Shown here: piece by piece, positions 9,720-18,890 of the stretch | Numbering within the stretch: position 1 is the first letter of the stretch | Layout: each line of letters starts with the position of its first letter | From: an uncultured virus (IMG/VR IMGVR_UViG_3300046386_000047) | Lineage: Duplodnaviria > Heunggongvirae > Uroviricota > Caudoviricetes | IMG/VR virus record: IMGVR_UViG_3300046386_000047 | Strand: one strand, 5' to 3' | DNA length: 64,000 nt | Made by a program: the position numbers and the translations under genes | The notes under the pieces: model-generated | Database searches by the model: none | What the model was told of the DNA's origin: nothing | The model's input: the letters and a program-made list of their open reading frames with translations, nothing else

Positions 9720-10658
9720 ATGACCTATCCAGTCGCCCCCGGTTCCGCTAACTACAGCGGCAACTTTATCCCCGAAATCTGGTCAGCCAAGCTGATCGAG
9801 AACTTCTACGACGCCACCGTTTTGGCCGCGATCTCGAATACCGACTACGAAGGTGAGATCAAGTCCATGGGTGACACCGTGAACATCCGCACCAGCCCTG
9901 AGCTGACAATCCGCCCATACCAAAAAGGTATGACGCTGACTGTCGAGCGTCCTGACAAACCAAAAATCCAGCTGTTGATCGACCAAGGCGAATACTTCGC
10001 TGCCATCGAAGACGACGTGGACAAGGTTCAGGCCGACATCAACTTGATGGACACATGGTCGAAGGACGCATCTGAGAAGATGAAAATCTGCATCGACGCC
10101 AACGTCCTGACCGGCATGTTGCCTGACATCTCCGCGCTGAACCGTGGTGCTACCGCTGGTCGCATCTCTGGCAACATCAACTTGGGCGCTACTGGCTCTG
10201 CTTTGGCTCTGACCAAAGACGGCGCTTCTAGCACCAAGTCTGTTACCGAGTTCATCGTGGACTTGGGCACCGTGTTGGACGAGGCAAACTGCCCTGACAG
10301 CGATCGCTTCTTGGTAATCCCTGCTTGGGTGGCTGGTCTGATCAAGAAGTCTGACCTGAAGGACGCTTCGCTGACTGGCGACGCTACTTCCATCTTGCGC
10401 AATGGCCGTCTGGGCATGATCGACCGCTTCACCTTGTACGTGTCGCACAACCTGAACAGCGTCGTTGACGGTGGCAACAAGTGCTTCAACGTGGTTGCTG
10501 GCACCAAGATGGGCCTGACTTTCGCTTCGCAGATGACCGAGATGGAAAGCCTGCGTGCTGAGTCCACCTTCGGCAACATCATCCGTGGCCTGCAAGTCTA
10601 CGGCTACAAGACTGTCAAGCCTGAAGCTCTGGCTGTCGGCTACGTCCGTCAAGGCTGA
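9720..10658 (+). CDS. Major capsid protein
   Basis: FIPEIWS, YEGEI..GDTVNI and C-terminal VYGYK..KPEAL motifs typical of podovirus HK97-fold capsids; GGAG RBS. Confidence 0.92.
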   Translation: MTYPVAPGSANYSGNFIPEIWSAKLIENFYDATVLAAISNTDYEGEIKSMGDTVNIRTSPELTIRPYQKGMTLTVERPDKPKIQLLIDQGEYFAAIEDDVDKVQADINLMDTWSKDASEKMKICIDANVLTGMLPDISALNRGATAGRISGNINLGATGSALALTKDGASSTKSVTEFIVDLGTVLDEANCPDSDRFLVIPAWVAGLIKKSDLKDASLTGDATSILRNGRLGMIDRFTLYVSHNLNSVVDGGNKCFNVVAGTKMGLTFASQMTEMESLRAESTFGNIIRGLQVYGYKTVKPEALAVGYVRQG

Positions 10659-10715
10659 TGAACTCCCCCGGGGTAACACCCGGGGGGTCGCAAACTCATA
10701 TCTGGAGAAATTGAA

Positions 10716-11171
10716 ATGGCTGCTAAAACTATTGCTAACCTGCGCACTGCAGGTCTCGCCCCCGCTTCCACAGATCGCGCCAGCTTCCCCGGCGAAGTGA
10801 TCTTGGACTTCGAGTTGGATGGCTCCAAACTGGCCGTCGCTGCTGCTGACACTGTGGACATGTTCGAGATTCCAGCTTACGCTGGCTTCATCGTCACTGC
10901 TGCTGCCGTTACCGTGGTTCGCCCCGGCACCGCCACTGGCACCATGGACATCCAAGTCGGCGGCACTGACGTGACAGGCCTAACTGCTTGGGCTACTGAC
11001 GCTGCTGGCGGCACACAGCTCATCAAGCTGGCCACTGCTGCCAACACTGTGGTCAACACCACAACTGCCTCGTACGTTCGCGTGCAGCAGAACACCGCCG
11101 CTTTGGGCTCGGGCCTCGTGCGCGTGCGCGTGTTCGGCAAAGTGTTGTCCGCTGTGTCTGCCCAAGCCTAA
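10716..11171 (+). CDS. Putative capsid cement or decoration protein
   Basis: Beta-rich 151-aa protein after the capsid gene, GGAG RBS. Confidence 0.6.
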   Translation: MAAKTIANLRTAGLAPASTDRASFPGEVILDFELDGSKLAVAAADTVDMFEIPAYAGFIVTAAAVTVVRPGTATGTMDIQVGGTDVTGLTAWATDAAGGTQLIKLATAANTVVNTTTASYVRVQQNTAALGSGLVRVRVFGKVLSAVSAQA

Positions 11172-11233
11172 GCAGCTAGGTTGACGTAGAATCAGGGGGA
11201 GCTTATGCTCCCCCTACTCACATGGAGATCACA

Positions 11234-11485
11234 ATGTCTGACCGTCTGCTACGCCACATCCCATCTGGTACGCTGTATATTTGGCAACCGGCTTACGCTC
11301 AGCGTAAAGACTTTGAAGAGGTTGTCGAGGAAGTCGTTGAAGAGGTTCCAGCCGAAGTGGTCGAGCCTGTGAAGCCTCGTACGCGCCGCGTCAAGGCACT
11401 GGACCCACAACCCGTCGTCCAGTCAGAAGTCGTTGTTGTCGAGGAAGAGCGCATCCAAGAAGATGCCTCTCGTGACCTGCCATGA
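11234..11485 (+). CDS. Hypothetical acidic protein
   Basis: GGAG RBS, coupled to the next ORF. Confidence 0.65.
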   Translation: MSDRLLRHIPSGTLYIWQPAYAQRKDFEEVVEEVVEEVPAEVVEPVKPRTRRVKALDPQPVVQSEVVVVEEERIQEDASRDLP

Positions 11486-12126
11486 GCTTTACCGCCGCTG
11501 ACGTCGTATTGGAAGCGCGGGAGATGCTGTTGGACGAGACAGCCCCGTACCGATACAGTGACGATTTCATCGTTCGCAAGGTCAATCAGGTGCTACGCCG
11601 CATGGTGATAGTACGCCCTGACTTGTTCTCGACTGTATCGCCTATGACGTGCGTGGCGGGTACCCTGCAGGCTTGCCCTGCAGATTCTGTGCGGCTCATG
11701 GACGTTGCGCTCAACAGTATAAACAGGGCTGTCAAAGAGATCAACCAAGAGGTGCTAGACCTCATGTTCCCCGGCTGGGGTGCAGAAGCTGGCAGCCCTG
11801 CTACAAACTGGATGCGTTACCCACGCGACCCCAACAGGTTCTACATCTACCCGCCCGCGGCAGGTGGTGAGACACTCACGATTGTCTACGCAAAGAGCGC
11901 ACCGACATACGTGCTGGGCGACACCATTGCCTTGCAGGACGCCTATTTCCCTGTGCTCTTAGATGGTGTTTGCTGGCTCATGGAGTCCATGGACGCTGAG
12001 CACGTTGAGTCCAGTCGGGCCAAGATGTTCAAAGACGCCTATGAAGGTGCCCTTGGCGCAGGTCTTACTGCTCGCAAGATCACTGACACCGAAGAGGCTG
12101 GTATGGCCAAGAATGAGGTCAAGTAA
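11482..12126 (+). CDS. Head-tail adaptor (DUF6682-like)
   Basis: Position and RPDL...FYIYPP motifs. Confidence 0.6.
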   Translation: MSFTAADVVLEAREMLLDETAPYRYSDDFIVRKVNQVLRRMVIVRPDLFSTVSPMTCVAGTLQACPADSVRLMDVALNSINRAVKEINQEVLDLMFPGWGAEAGSPATNWMRYPRDPNRFYIYPPAAGGETLTIVYAKSAPTYVLGDTIALQDAYFPVLLDGVCWLMESMDAEHVESSRAKMFKDAYEGALGAGLTARKITDTEEAGMAKNEVK

Positions 12127-13472
12127 TGCAAAAATTTGTCGAGACCATCACCGCCATGTCCAACGGGGTGCTTGTCCCTCTGGACAGCGCCACAGCAGCT
12201 GTTTACGCAGCAGGCACTCAAACGCTTGCCACGCTGTATTCTACGAACAGCACGAGCACCCCACGGGCTAATCCCCTGACGTCGAGCGCCACAGGCCTTG
12301 TGTCGTTTTACGCCGCAGACGGACGCTATGACATCCGTGTGGAGAAAACTGGGTTTGGCACTGTGACGATTTCTGACGTTTTGCTCGAAGACCCAGCAGA
12401 CGGCATCATCAAGGTGATCAGCGACGCGACCATCACGGCGTCGACTGTGGACAGCACGCCCATCGGGACTACAGCAGCGTCTACAGGCCGATTTACGTCG
12501 GTCAAAGTGGCCTCTGGGGCCACTGGCACCATTACACTCGGTGAGATGCGTCTGAACGCTACTGACAACACAGTCGATGTCGGCCTTGGTAATGGTGTCA
12601 CAGGTCAGATGTTCAAAGAGCTGTTCATCGACGTGAAGAACAACTCGGCTGGCACCTATACCAACGGACAAGTTGTGGCGTTTGCGGGTGTCAACGGCAG
12701 CAATCCCATCGTGGAACTGGCTGTGGCAGACGAGACCTTCCAGCCTCTGTACACCGTTGGCGTGTTGACCAACGACATTCTCCCCGGCGCTACCGGACAA
12801 GCAACAACCTTTGGCAAGGTGCGTGACGTCAACACCACTGGCTCCTCTGTTGGTGAGACATGGGCTGGCGGCGATATTCTGTACATCCACCCCTCGATCC
12901 CCGGGGCGATGACCAATGTCGAGCCCACAGCGCCTAACGTCGCTATCCCCGTTGCTGCGGTGATCACTGCAAACGCGACCACAGGGCTGCTGCTGGTGCG
13001 GGCTTACCCCGGCAACCGGACGCACTACGGCGTGTTCTCCAGCACGGTCGATCAGACAGCAGCGGCCATAAATACTGCGTACGCTGTGCAGTTCGACACC
13101 ACGGACGTGTCTAGCGGCGTATCGGTCGACGACACCGACAACTCGCTGGTTGTGTGCAGCCGCGCTGGGCTCTACAACTTTCAATTCTCCGCACAGCTGG
13201 TAAAAAGTAGCAACAGTGTTGGCTACGTGTGGATTTGGCCTCGCTTGAATGGGGTCGATGTGCCTAACTCGGCCTCCAAGGTGTCTATCGCAGGCAATGG
13301 CTCGGAGGTCATCCCAGCGTGGAATTTTGTGCTGTCTATGGACGCAGCAGACGAGTTTCAGCTGATGTACGCAGTCAGTAGCACAGCGGTATCTTTTGAC
13401 GCAGCTGCGGCCACGGCCTTTTGTCCAGCGACGCCTTCTGTTATCCTCACGGTTACGCAGATCAACAAGTAA
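12126..13472 (+). CDS. Tail fibre or spike-like protein
   Basis: N-terminal NPLT...FYAADGRYDI anchor segment; C-terminal C1q/TNF-like jelly roll (GLYNFQFSAQ). Confidence 0.7.
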   Translation: MQKFVETITAMSNGVLVPLDSATAAVYAAGTQTLATLYSTNSTSTPRANPLTSSATGLVSFYAADGRYDIRVEKTGFGTVTISDVLLEDPADGIIKVISDATITASTVDSTPIGTTAASTGRFTSVKVASGATGTITLGEMRLNATDNTVDVGLGNGVTGQMFKELFIDVKNNSAGTYTNGQVVAFAGVNGSNPIVELAVADETFQPLYTVGVLTNDILPGATGQATTFGKVRDVNTTGSSVGETWAGGDILYIHPSIPGAMTNVEPTAPNVAIPVAAVITANATTGLLLVRAYPGNRTHYGVFSSTVDQTAAAINTAYAVQFDTTDVSSGVSVDDTDNSLVVCSRAGLYNFQFSAQLVKSSNSVGYVWIWPRLNGVDVPNSASKVSIAGNGSEVIPAWNFVLSMDAADEFQLMYAVSSTAVSFDAAAATAFCPATPSVILTVTQINK

Positions 13473-13484
13473 CGGGTACGTCAC

Positions 13485-14171
13485 ATGCCTATTGTCCTAA
13501 GCCCCGTTGTCGACACCAGCAGCACCATAGCGTTCGACGCCATGGGCGACTACTTGTCTGCGTTTTTGCCCGGCTGCCCTACGCCCACGATCTCGCGTAC
13601 GGCCAAGAAGATCGTCACTGACCTGTGCCAGCGAGGTAAAGTTTGGCAAGAGGACTTGCCGCCCCAGACGTTGGCTGTAAATCAGCTGAACTACGCGCCG
13701 CTGTCGCCGGTTCCGTATGCTGTCTGCACTGATGTGACGGACGTTTATACGGTTGTCGATGGCCAAAAGCGTGACTTGTCTCTGGAGCAGTACAGCGCTG
13801 TCAAGCGCTATTTTCCAAACTGGCCTGACAACGAGTCTGGTGGTGCGCAGTATTACACATCGCGGACTGTCGGGGAGATTCTTCTGGCACCTGTGCCAGA
13901 TGTTGCGGGTACGCTGTACATGCGTGGTTATCTGCGCCCTTCGGAAGACGCGACGGTGTGGGACGCGGATTTGTATGCTGAGTTCAGCCGTATTGTCTTC
14001 CACGGCGTGCTGCAAGAGCTCATGTTTATGCCTAACCGCAGCTGGACCAACGAGAAACAGGCCATGGTTCATGGAAAACAGTGGACCTTCCTGCTTTCGT
14101 CCGCACGCATCAGGGCTACAAAAGCCTACAATGTACAAGATACAGCCGTTGAGATGCGGCCCTTTGCTTAA
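13485..14171 (+). CDS. Second neck or adaptor-like protein
   Basis: LPGCP motif and LAPVP segment resembling the adaptor fold. Confidence 0.55.
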   Translation: MPIVLSPVVDTSSTIAFDAMGDYLSAFLPGCPTPTISRTAKKIVTDLCQRGKVWQEDLPPQTLAVNQLNYAPLSPVPYAVCTDVTDVYTVVDGQKRDLSLEQYSAVKRYFPNWPDNESGGAQYYTSRTVGEILLAPVPDVAGTLYMRGYLRPSEDATVWDADLYAEFSRIVFHGVLQELMFMPNRSWTNEKQAMVHGKQWTFLLSSARIRATKAYNVQDTAVEMRPFA

Positions 14172-14180
14172 AGGCAGAAC

Positions 14181-14813
14181 ATGAACGACATTCTCTTTAC
14201 CAACTTTGCGTCCTCACAGCTGTCTGTGGGCATCAACGCTTCGGCTACAACCATTGTGCTGGAGCTGGGCCACGGAGCGCGGTTCCCGGCTCCTACGAGC
14301 GGCGATTACTTTTATGTGACGCTGGAGAACGCATCGCTGGTTCGGGAGATCGTGAAAGTCACGGCTCGTACGTCTGACACGCTGACGGTTGTTCGCGCTC
14401 AGGATGGTACTACGGCTGTGTCATGGTTGGCTGGTGACACTGTGGCTTTGCGTCTGAACGCCGCTGCGATCAATACGCTGGTCAACAACTCTGTCCGCAA
14501 GACGAGCAGCACTGGGTCTGCGGTTCTTCCCGTGGGCACCACTGCGCAACGCGACGCCACGCCTGCAGCTGGTTATCTGCGCTTCAACGATGACCTTGAC
14601 AAGCCAGAGGTGTACAACGGTACAGCATGGGGTTCCGTGGGCGGCGGTGCCACTGGCGGTGGGTCAGACGAAGTGTTTGTACAGAACAGCCAGAACGTGA
14701 CTGTAAACTACACCATCCCAGCTACCAAGAACGCCATGAGTACCGGCCCTATCACCGTTGACAGCGGTGTAGTGGTTACGGTGAGTTCCGGCTCGCGCTG
14801 GGTTGTTCTTTGA
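14181..14813 (+). CDS. Tail fibre-associated protein
   Basis: EIVKVTAR...TVVRAQDGT, LPVGTTAQR and GGGATGGGSD modules common in phage fibres. Confidence 0.7.
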   Translation: MNDILFTNFASSQLSVGINASATTIVLELGHGARFPAPTSGDYFYVTLENASLVREIVKVTARTSDTLTVVRAQDGTTAVSWLAGDTVALRLNAAAINTLVNNSVRKTSSTGSAVLPVGTTAQRDATPAAGYLRFNDDLDKPEVYNGTAWGSVGGGATGGGSDEVFVQNSQNVTVNYTIPATKNAMSTGPITVDSGVVVTVSSGSRWVVL

Positions 14814-14828
14814 TTTTTGGAGATTTAT

Positions 14829-15806
14829 ATGGCGCTTGTCTTGAATGGAACAACTGGCATCACCAACGATGGGGGCTACACAGGTGACGGTGTAGTCTTT
14901 GCTGACACGACCCCTGCAAACACGCTGGTGACGACTACTGGCGGTAACGTGGGTGTTGGGACAAGTTCACCTGCCACATACGGCAAGTTGGCGGTGAGCA
15001 CGGGCACGGATAAAGACGGCGTGAGCATTGTTTACACAGCAGGGCCAACCGGTACAAACGGGCCAGCGCTGAACTTCTACAACACCAGCAACACCGCGAT
15101 TTACAAGGGCGCTTCAGTTCAAGGCATTTGCACCAACGGCGGCGGTGGCGGTTCTTCAGATTTGGTTTTCAGCACCACAACCAACGGCACGTTGATTGAT
15201 CGTGGGCGTTTCGACTCCGGCGGTAACTTGCTGGTGGGGCTTACGTCCGCTCAATCTGGCATTGCCGCTGACCCCATTGGTATTTCTCTGTACGGAAACG
15301 GGTCTGCGACATCCCAAGGTGTTGGCATTTTTACCAGAAACAGCGGTAACGGTGTTTTATATGTCAACGCTAAAGTGTCTGCTGCTAGTTTAATTAATTT
15401 CTATTGCAACAACACGACTGTTGGAGTTATTTCGTCCAACGGCAGTACAACAACGTATGGCACAAGCTCAGATTACCGCCTAAAGGAAAACGTGCAACCA
15501 ATGGCTGGCGCTTTAGCCCGTGTTGCTGCGCTCAAGCCTGTGACTTACACGTGGAAAAACACTGGAGCGTATGACGAGGGCTTTATCGCGCACGAGCTTC
15601 AAGAGGTTTGCCCATCAGCAGTAAGTGGCAAAAAGGATGCAGTCAACGAAGACGGCTCAATCAAGCCTCAAAGCATCGACACCAGTTTCTTGGTCGCCAC
15701 ACTGACCGCCGCCATCCAAGAACAACAAGCCATTATTACCGCTTTGACAGCCCGAGTTGAAGCACTGGACGCTCGATTAATCTCGCTGGAAGGAACACAA
15801 CCATGA
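14829..15806 (+). CDS. Tail fibre with C-terminal intramolecular chaperone (peptidase S74)
   Basis: GNVGVGTSSP repeat, TSSDYRLKEN autocleavage motif, GFIAHELQEV, terminal coiled coil. Confidence 0.88.
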   Translation: MALVLNGTTGITNDGGYTGDGVVFADTTPANTLVTTTGGNVGVGTSSPATYGKLAVSTGTDKDGVSIVYTAGPTGTNGPALNFYNTSNTAIYKGASVQGICTNGGGGGSSDLVFSTTTNGTLIDRGRFDSGGNLLVGLTSAQSGIAADPIGISLYGNGSATSQGVGIFTRNSGNGVLYVNAKVSAASLINFYCNNTTVGVISSNGSTTTYGTSSDYRLKENVQPMAGALARVAALKPVTYTWKNTGAYDEGFIAHELQEVCPSAVSGKKDAVNEDGSIKPQSIDTSFLVATLTAAIQEQQAIITALTARVEALDARLISLEGTQP

Positions 15807-16375
15807 GCAAAGTAGCCCTCTCTGGCAGCGCCCTCGGAACAGGCACGTTCACGATTGCCAGCCCGAACGGTAACACCGACCGCACCATCAACCTGCCAGA
15901 CTCCAACGGTACGATCCTGACCACTGCAACACCGGGTGTGCCTGTGAATGGCCCTGCGTTTAGTGCTTATCTCGGGACTACGCAGAACCTTTCCACGAGC
16001 GTAACGACAAAGCTTCAGATCAACACAGAGTTGTTTGACACAGCAAACTGCTTTGATACGTCTACCTACCGCTTTACACCGAGCGTTGCAGGTTACTACC
16101 AGTTTTCTGCAAGCATGCTATGCACGGCGGGTGCCGTATCTGGGGGGTACACAATCATCCTTTACAAAAACGGGTCTCAAATAGCCATTGGCATAAATAC
16201 ACCTTTCACCTCAAGCAACAACCCGTCCTCAAACGTGAGCGTGCTCCTTTACATGAACGGCTCCACTGACTACGTAGAAGCCTATGGAACTCAAAATTCA
16301 GGGTCCACCAAAGATGTTTACCAAGGAGCGCCGTACACTTTCCTGACAGGCTTCCTAGCACGGAGCGCAACATGA
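15803..16375 (+). CDS. C1q-like domain tail protein
   Basis: PAFSAY...FTPSVAGYYQF...MNGSTDYVE. Confidence 0.75.
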   Translation: MSKVALSGSALGTGTFTIASPNGNTDRTINLPDSNGTILTTATPGVPVNGPAFSAYLGTTQNLSTSVTTKLQINTELFDTANCFDTSTYRFTPSVAGYYQFSASMLCTAGAVSGGYTIILYKNGSQIAIGINTPFTSSNNPSSNVSVLLYMNGSTDYVEAYGTQNSGSTKDVYQGAPYTFLTGFLARSAT

Positions 16376-16533
16376 CCTTGTACGACAAAATTAAAGCCCT
16401 GTACCCTGAACTCACAGACCGTGACTTCATGACCGTCATCCGCTTGCAGAACGATGCTGACGGTAAAGGCGACTACATTGCTGCGTGGGACCACCCCACA
16501 CTGCCACGACCAACTCAGGAGCAACTCGCATGA
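16372..16533 (+). CDS. XkdW-like small tail-associated protein (53 aa, below the ORF-track cutoff)
   Basis: MTLYDKIKALYPEL...LQNDADGKGDYIAAWDHPTLPRPT; ATGA overlaps at both ends. Confidence 0.75.
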   Translation: MTLYDKIKALYPELTDRDFMTVIRLQNDADGKGDYIAAWDHPTLPRPTQEQLA

Positions 16534-17645
16534 GCCAAGTAAACGCAACATCTTTCAAAGACGCCAGCGGCGGCAACAATGCTGTCCTGTACGGCGTGGC
16601 CGCACCCGTGAACTCGATGGGGTTCCGCAACCGCATCATCAACGGTGACATGCGGATTGACCAGCGTAATGCTGGGGCCGCTGTGACTGTCACCACTGGA
16701 GGCGGTTACATCTTCCCAGTAGATCGCTTCGGTAACTTCAATAACTCAGGGGTGAACTACACGGCCCAACGAGTGACGGACGCTCCCGCTGGATTTACGA
16801 ACTCGATCAGGCTTACCTTTGGTTCTGCAATTTCTTTGACGACCCAGAACGAGGCGACCTTCTTTCAAATCATTGAGGGCTTTAACGTCGCTGATTTTGG
16901 CTGGGGCACAGCAGGCGCTTCCGCTGTAACTATTGGTCTGTGGGTAAAGGCGTCTTTCACAGGCGCAAACAGCATCGGCTTTTGCAACCACAACGGCACT
17001 CGCGCTTACGCAACTACCTACACCATCAACGCGGCTAACACTTGGGAATTCAAGACCTTTGTGATCCCCGGCGACACCGCTGGCGCGTGGCTTACGGATA
17101 ATTCGGCGGGCTTGTTTGTTCGCTTCAACTTGGCGGCAGGCAGTAACTTCCAAGTGTCTAGCAATAACGCTTGGGCAACCCGCTCTGGCGCGTACAACGC
17201 TGCGGATGGTGCTTACGGGACAAAGGCAGTAGGTACGCCATCAGTAGTAAGCGCGGGAGCAACATGGGCCGTAACAGGCGTACAGCTTGAAGCTGGCAGC
17301 GTTGCTTCCCCGTTTGAGCGCAGGGACTACGGGCGTGAATTGATGATGTGTCAGCGGTATTACCAGAGGACACCCGCATTTTTTGGGATTACAGTACCAA
17401 GCAATCAAACAGAGGTTACGGGTGCGTACTCAATGTGGGTGCCTCTACGCGCAAGCCCCACCGCAACAGTGCCTAGCTCGTGTAGTTTTCACCGTCCCGG
17501 TATCGCGTTTTATGCGGTTACGGGGGTGCTTGGTTCACAAGCTAATGACGGTACTGGATACACAACCGTGACTATTGCAGCAGGCGCTGGGACCACAACA
17601 TCTGGGCAAATCAATGGCGGATTGTTTCTTTCAGCGGAGCTTTAA
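16530..17645 (+). CDS. Tail fibre or receptor-binding protein
   Basis: FRNRIINGDMRIDQR...GVQLEAGSVASPFERR...CQRYY module. Confidence 0.8.
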   Translation: MSQVNATSFKDASGGNNAVLYGVAAPVNSMGFRNRIINGDMRIDQRNAGAAVTVTTGGGYIFPVDRFGNFNNSGVNYTAQRVTDAPAGFTNSIRLTFGSAISLTTQNEATFFQIIEGFNVADFGWGTAGASAVTIGLWVKASFTGANSIGFCNHNGTRAYATTYTINAANTWEFKTFVIPGDTAGAWLTDNSAGLFVRFNLAAGSNFQVSSNNAWATRSGAYNAADGAYGTKAVGTPSVVSAGATWAVTGVQLEAGSVASPFERRDYGRELMMCQRYYQRTPAFFGITVPSNQTEVTGAYSMWVPLRASPTATVPSSCSFHRPGIAFYAVTGVLGSQANDGTGYTTVTIAAGAGTTTSGQINGGLFLSAEL

Positions 17646-17647
17646 TT

Positions 17648-17836
17648 ATGACACCCGATAACTCTCGTATGTACCAACTTCTTCCTGACACCTCAATGGG
17701 CGCAGCCACCTGCATCAAACGCATCGCTGACAACGCCTTCATCCCCTTCGATCCCGCCAACACAGACTACGCTGAGTACCTGAAGTGGCTGGCCGGGGGC
17801 AACACGCCACTGCCAGCTGACGCACAACATGAGTAA
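17648..17836 (+). CDS. Small tail fibre assembly-like protein
   Basis: FIPFDPANTDYAEYLKW..GNTP motif. Confidence 0.7.
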   Translation: MTPDNSRMYQLLPDTSMGAATCIKRIADNAFIPFDPANTDYAEYLKWLAGGNTPLPADAQHE

Positions 17837-17867
17837 ACACGCCTATGCTGGCCAAAAGGGGAAATTG

Positions 17868-18374
17868 ATGAATGACGTTCTTGCAGGACTGCTTAAAAAC
17901 GTGGCCCCCTTGCTGGCTACCGCTGTTACCGGCCCTCTGGGTGGTATGGCGGTCAAGGCGATCGCTGAGCGACTGGGCGTGGAGGACACGGTTGAGGCGG
18001 TCACGCAGGCCATCCAAGCAGACCCTGAAGCGGTTGCGAAACTTGCGGAAATCGACGTGAAGAAGTTTGAGCTCCACAACGCCAACACCGACAGCGCCCG
18101 GAAGATGAACGCCGAGATTCAGAACTCGGCCGTGGCATCCTTTTTGGCCAAGAACGTGGCGTACTCCATTGACCTGATGATTGTCGGCGGCGCACTGTTC
18201 ATGACGGCCATCATCTTCTTCAAGGGCGTGCCCGACGCCAACAAGGCGCTGGCTTACACCGCGCTGGGCTCCCTATGGACGCTGGCCGGTACGGTGCTCA
18301 ACTTCCACCGTGGAAGTTCTCAAGGCTCCAAAGACAAAGCTGACGAAATCCAGAAACTGAAGGTTTTGAAATGA
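17868..18374 (+). CDS. Putative holin
   Basis: Two C-terminal hydrophobic segments then GSSQGS; directly before the endolysin. Confidence 0.65.
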   Translation: MNDVLAGLLKNVAPLLATAVTGPLGGMAVKAIAERLGVEDTVEAVTQAIQADPEAVAKLAEIDVKKFELHNANTDSARKMNAEIQNSAVASFLAKNVAYSIDLMIVGGALFMTAIIFFKGVPDANKALAYTALGSLWTLAGTVLNFHRGSSQGSKDKADEIQKLKVLK

Positions 18375-18883
18375 GAGAAAACTTTGCCGAAGCCCTGCAA
18401 GCCGTTCTGCACCACGAAGGGGGCTTTTCTAACCATGTTGCTGACCCGGGCGGCATGACCAACCTTGGTGTGACAAAGCGTGTCTGGGAAGAGTGGGTTG
18501 GCCACCCTGTTGACGAAAAGCAGATGCGTGCGCTGAAGCCCGCAGACGTGGCCCCCATGTACAAAGCCAAGTACTGGGACAAGATCAAAGGCGACGACCT
18601 GCCAACTGGTGTTGACTATGCCGTGTTTGATGCTGCCGTAAACAGCGGCCCCGGCCGCGCGGCCAAGTGGCTGCAGTCCTGCGTGGGTGTTGAGCCTGAT
18701 GGCGGTATTGGCCCCAAGACGCTGGCTGCCGTGGCGGCATTTGCCCCTGCCGAGCTGGTCGAGGACTATGCCAAGCGCCGCCTGTCGTTCTTGATGGATT
18801 TGCAGCGCTGGGGTACATTTGGCAAAGGCTGGAGCCGCCGCGTGGCGGAAGTTCAGACCGTCGCCAATTCCATGACCGCGTGA
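18371..18883 (+). CDS. Endolysin, glycoside hydrolase family 108
   Basis: HEGG...DPGGMTNLGVT, FDAAVNSG, DGGIGPKT, FGKGW.RR. Confidence 0.92.
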   Translation: MRENFAEALQAVLHHEGGFSNHVADPGGMTNLGVTKRVWEEWVGHPVDEKQMRALKPADVAPMYKAKYWDKIKGDDLPTGVDYAVFDAAVNSGPGRAAKWLQSCVGVEPDGGIGPKTLAAVAAFAPAELVEDYAKRRLSFLMDLQRWGTFGKGWSRRVAEVQTVANSMTA

Positions 18884-18890
18884 GGATCGT

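Noticed and set aside
10664..10688. GC hairpins after the capsid gene and at about 11195-11214 as terminators
   Set aside because: No U-tract follows; they may be stabilising hairpins but cannot be called terminators
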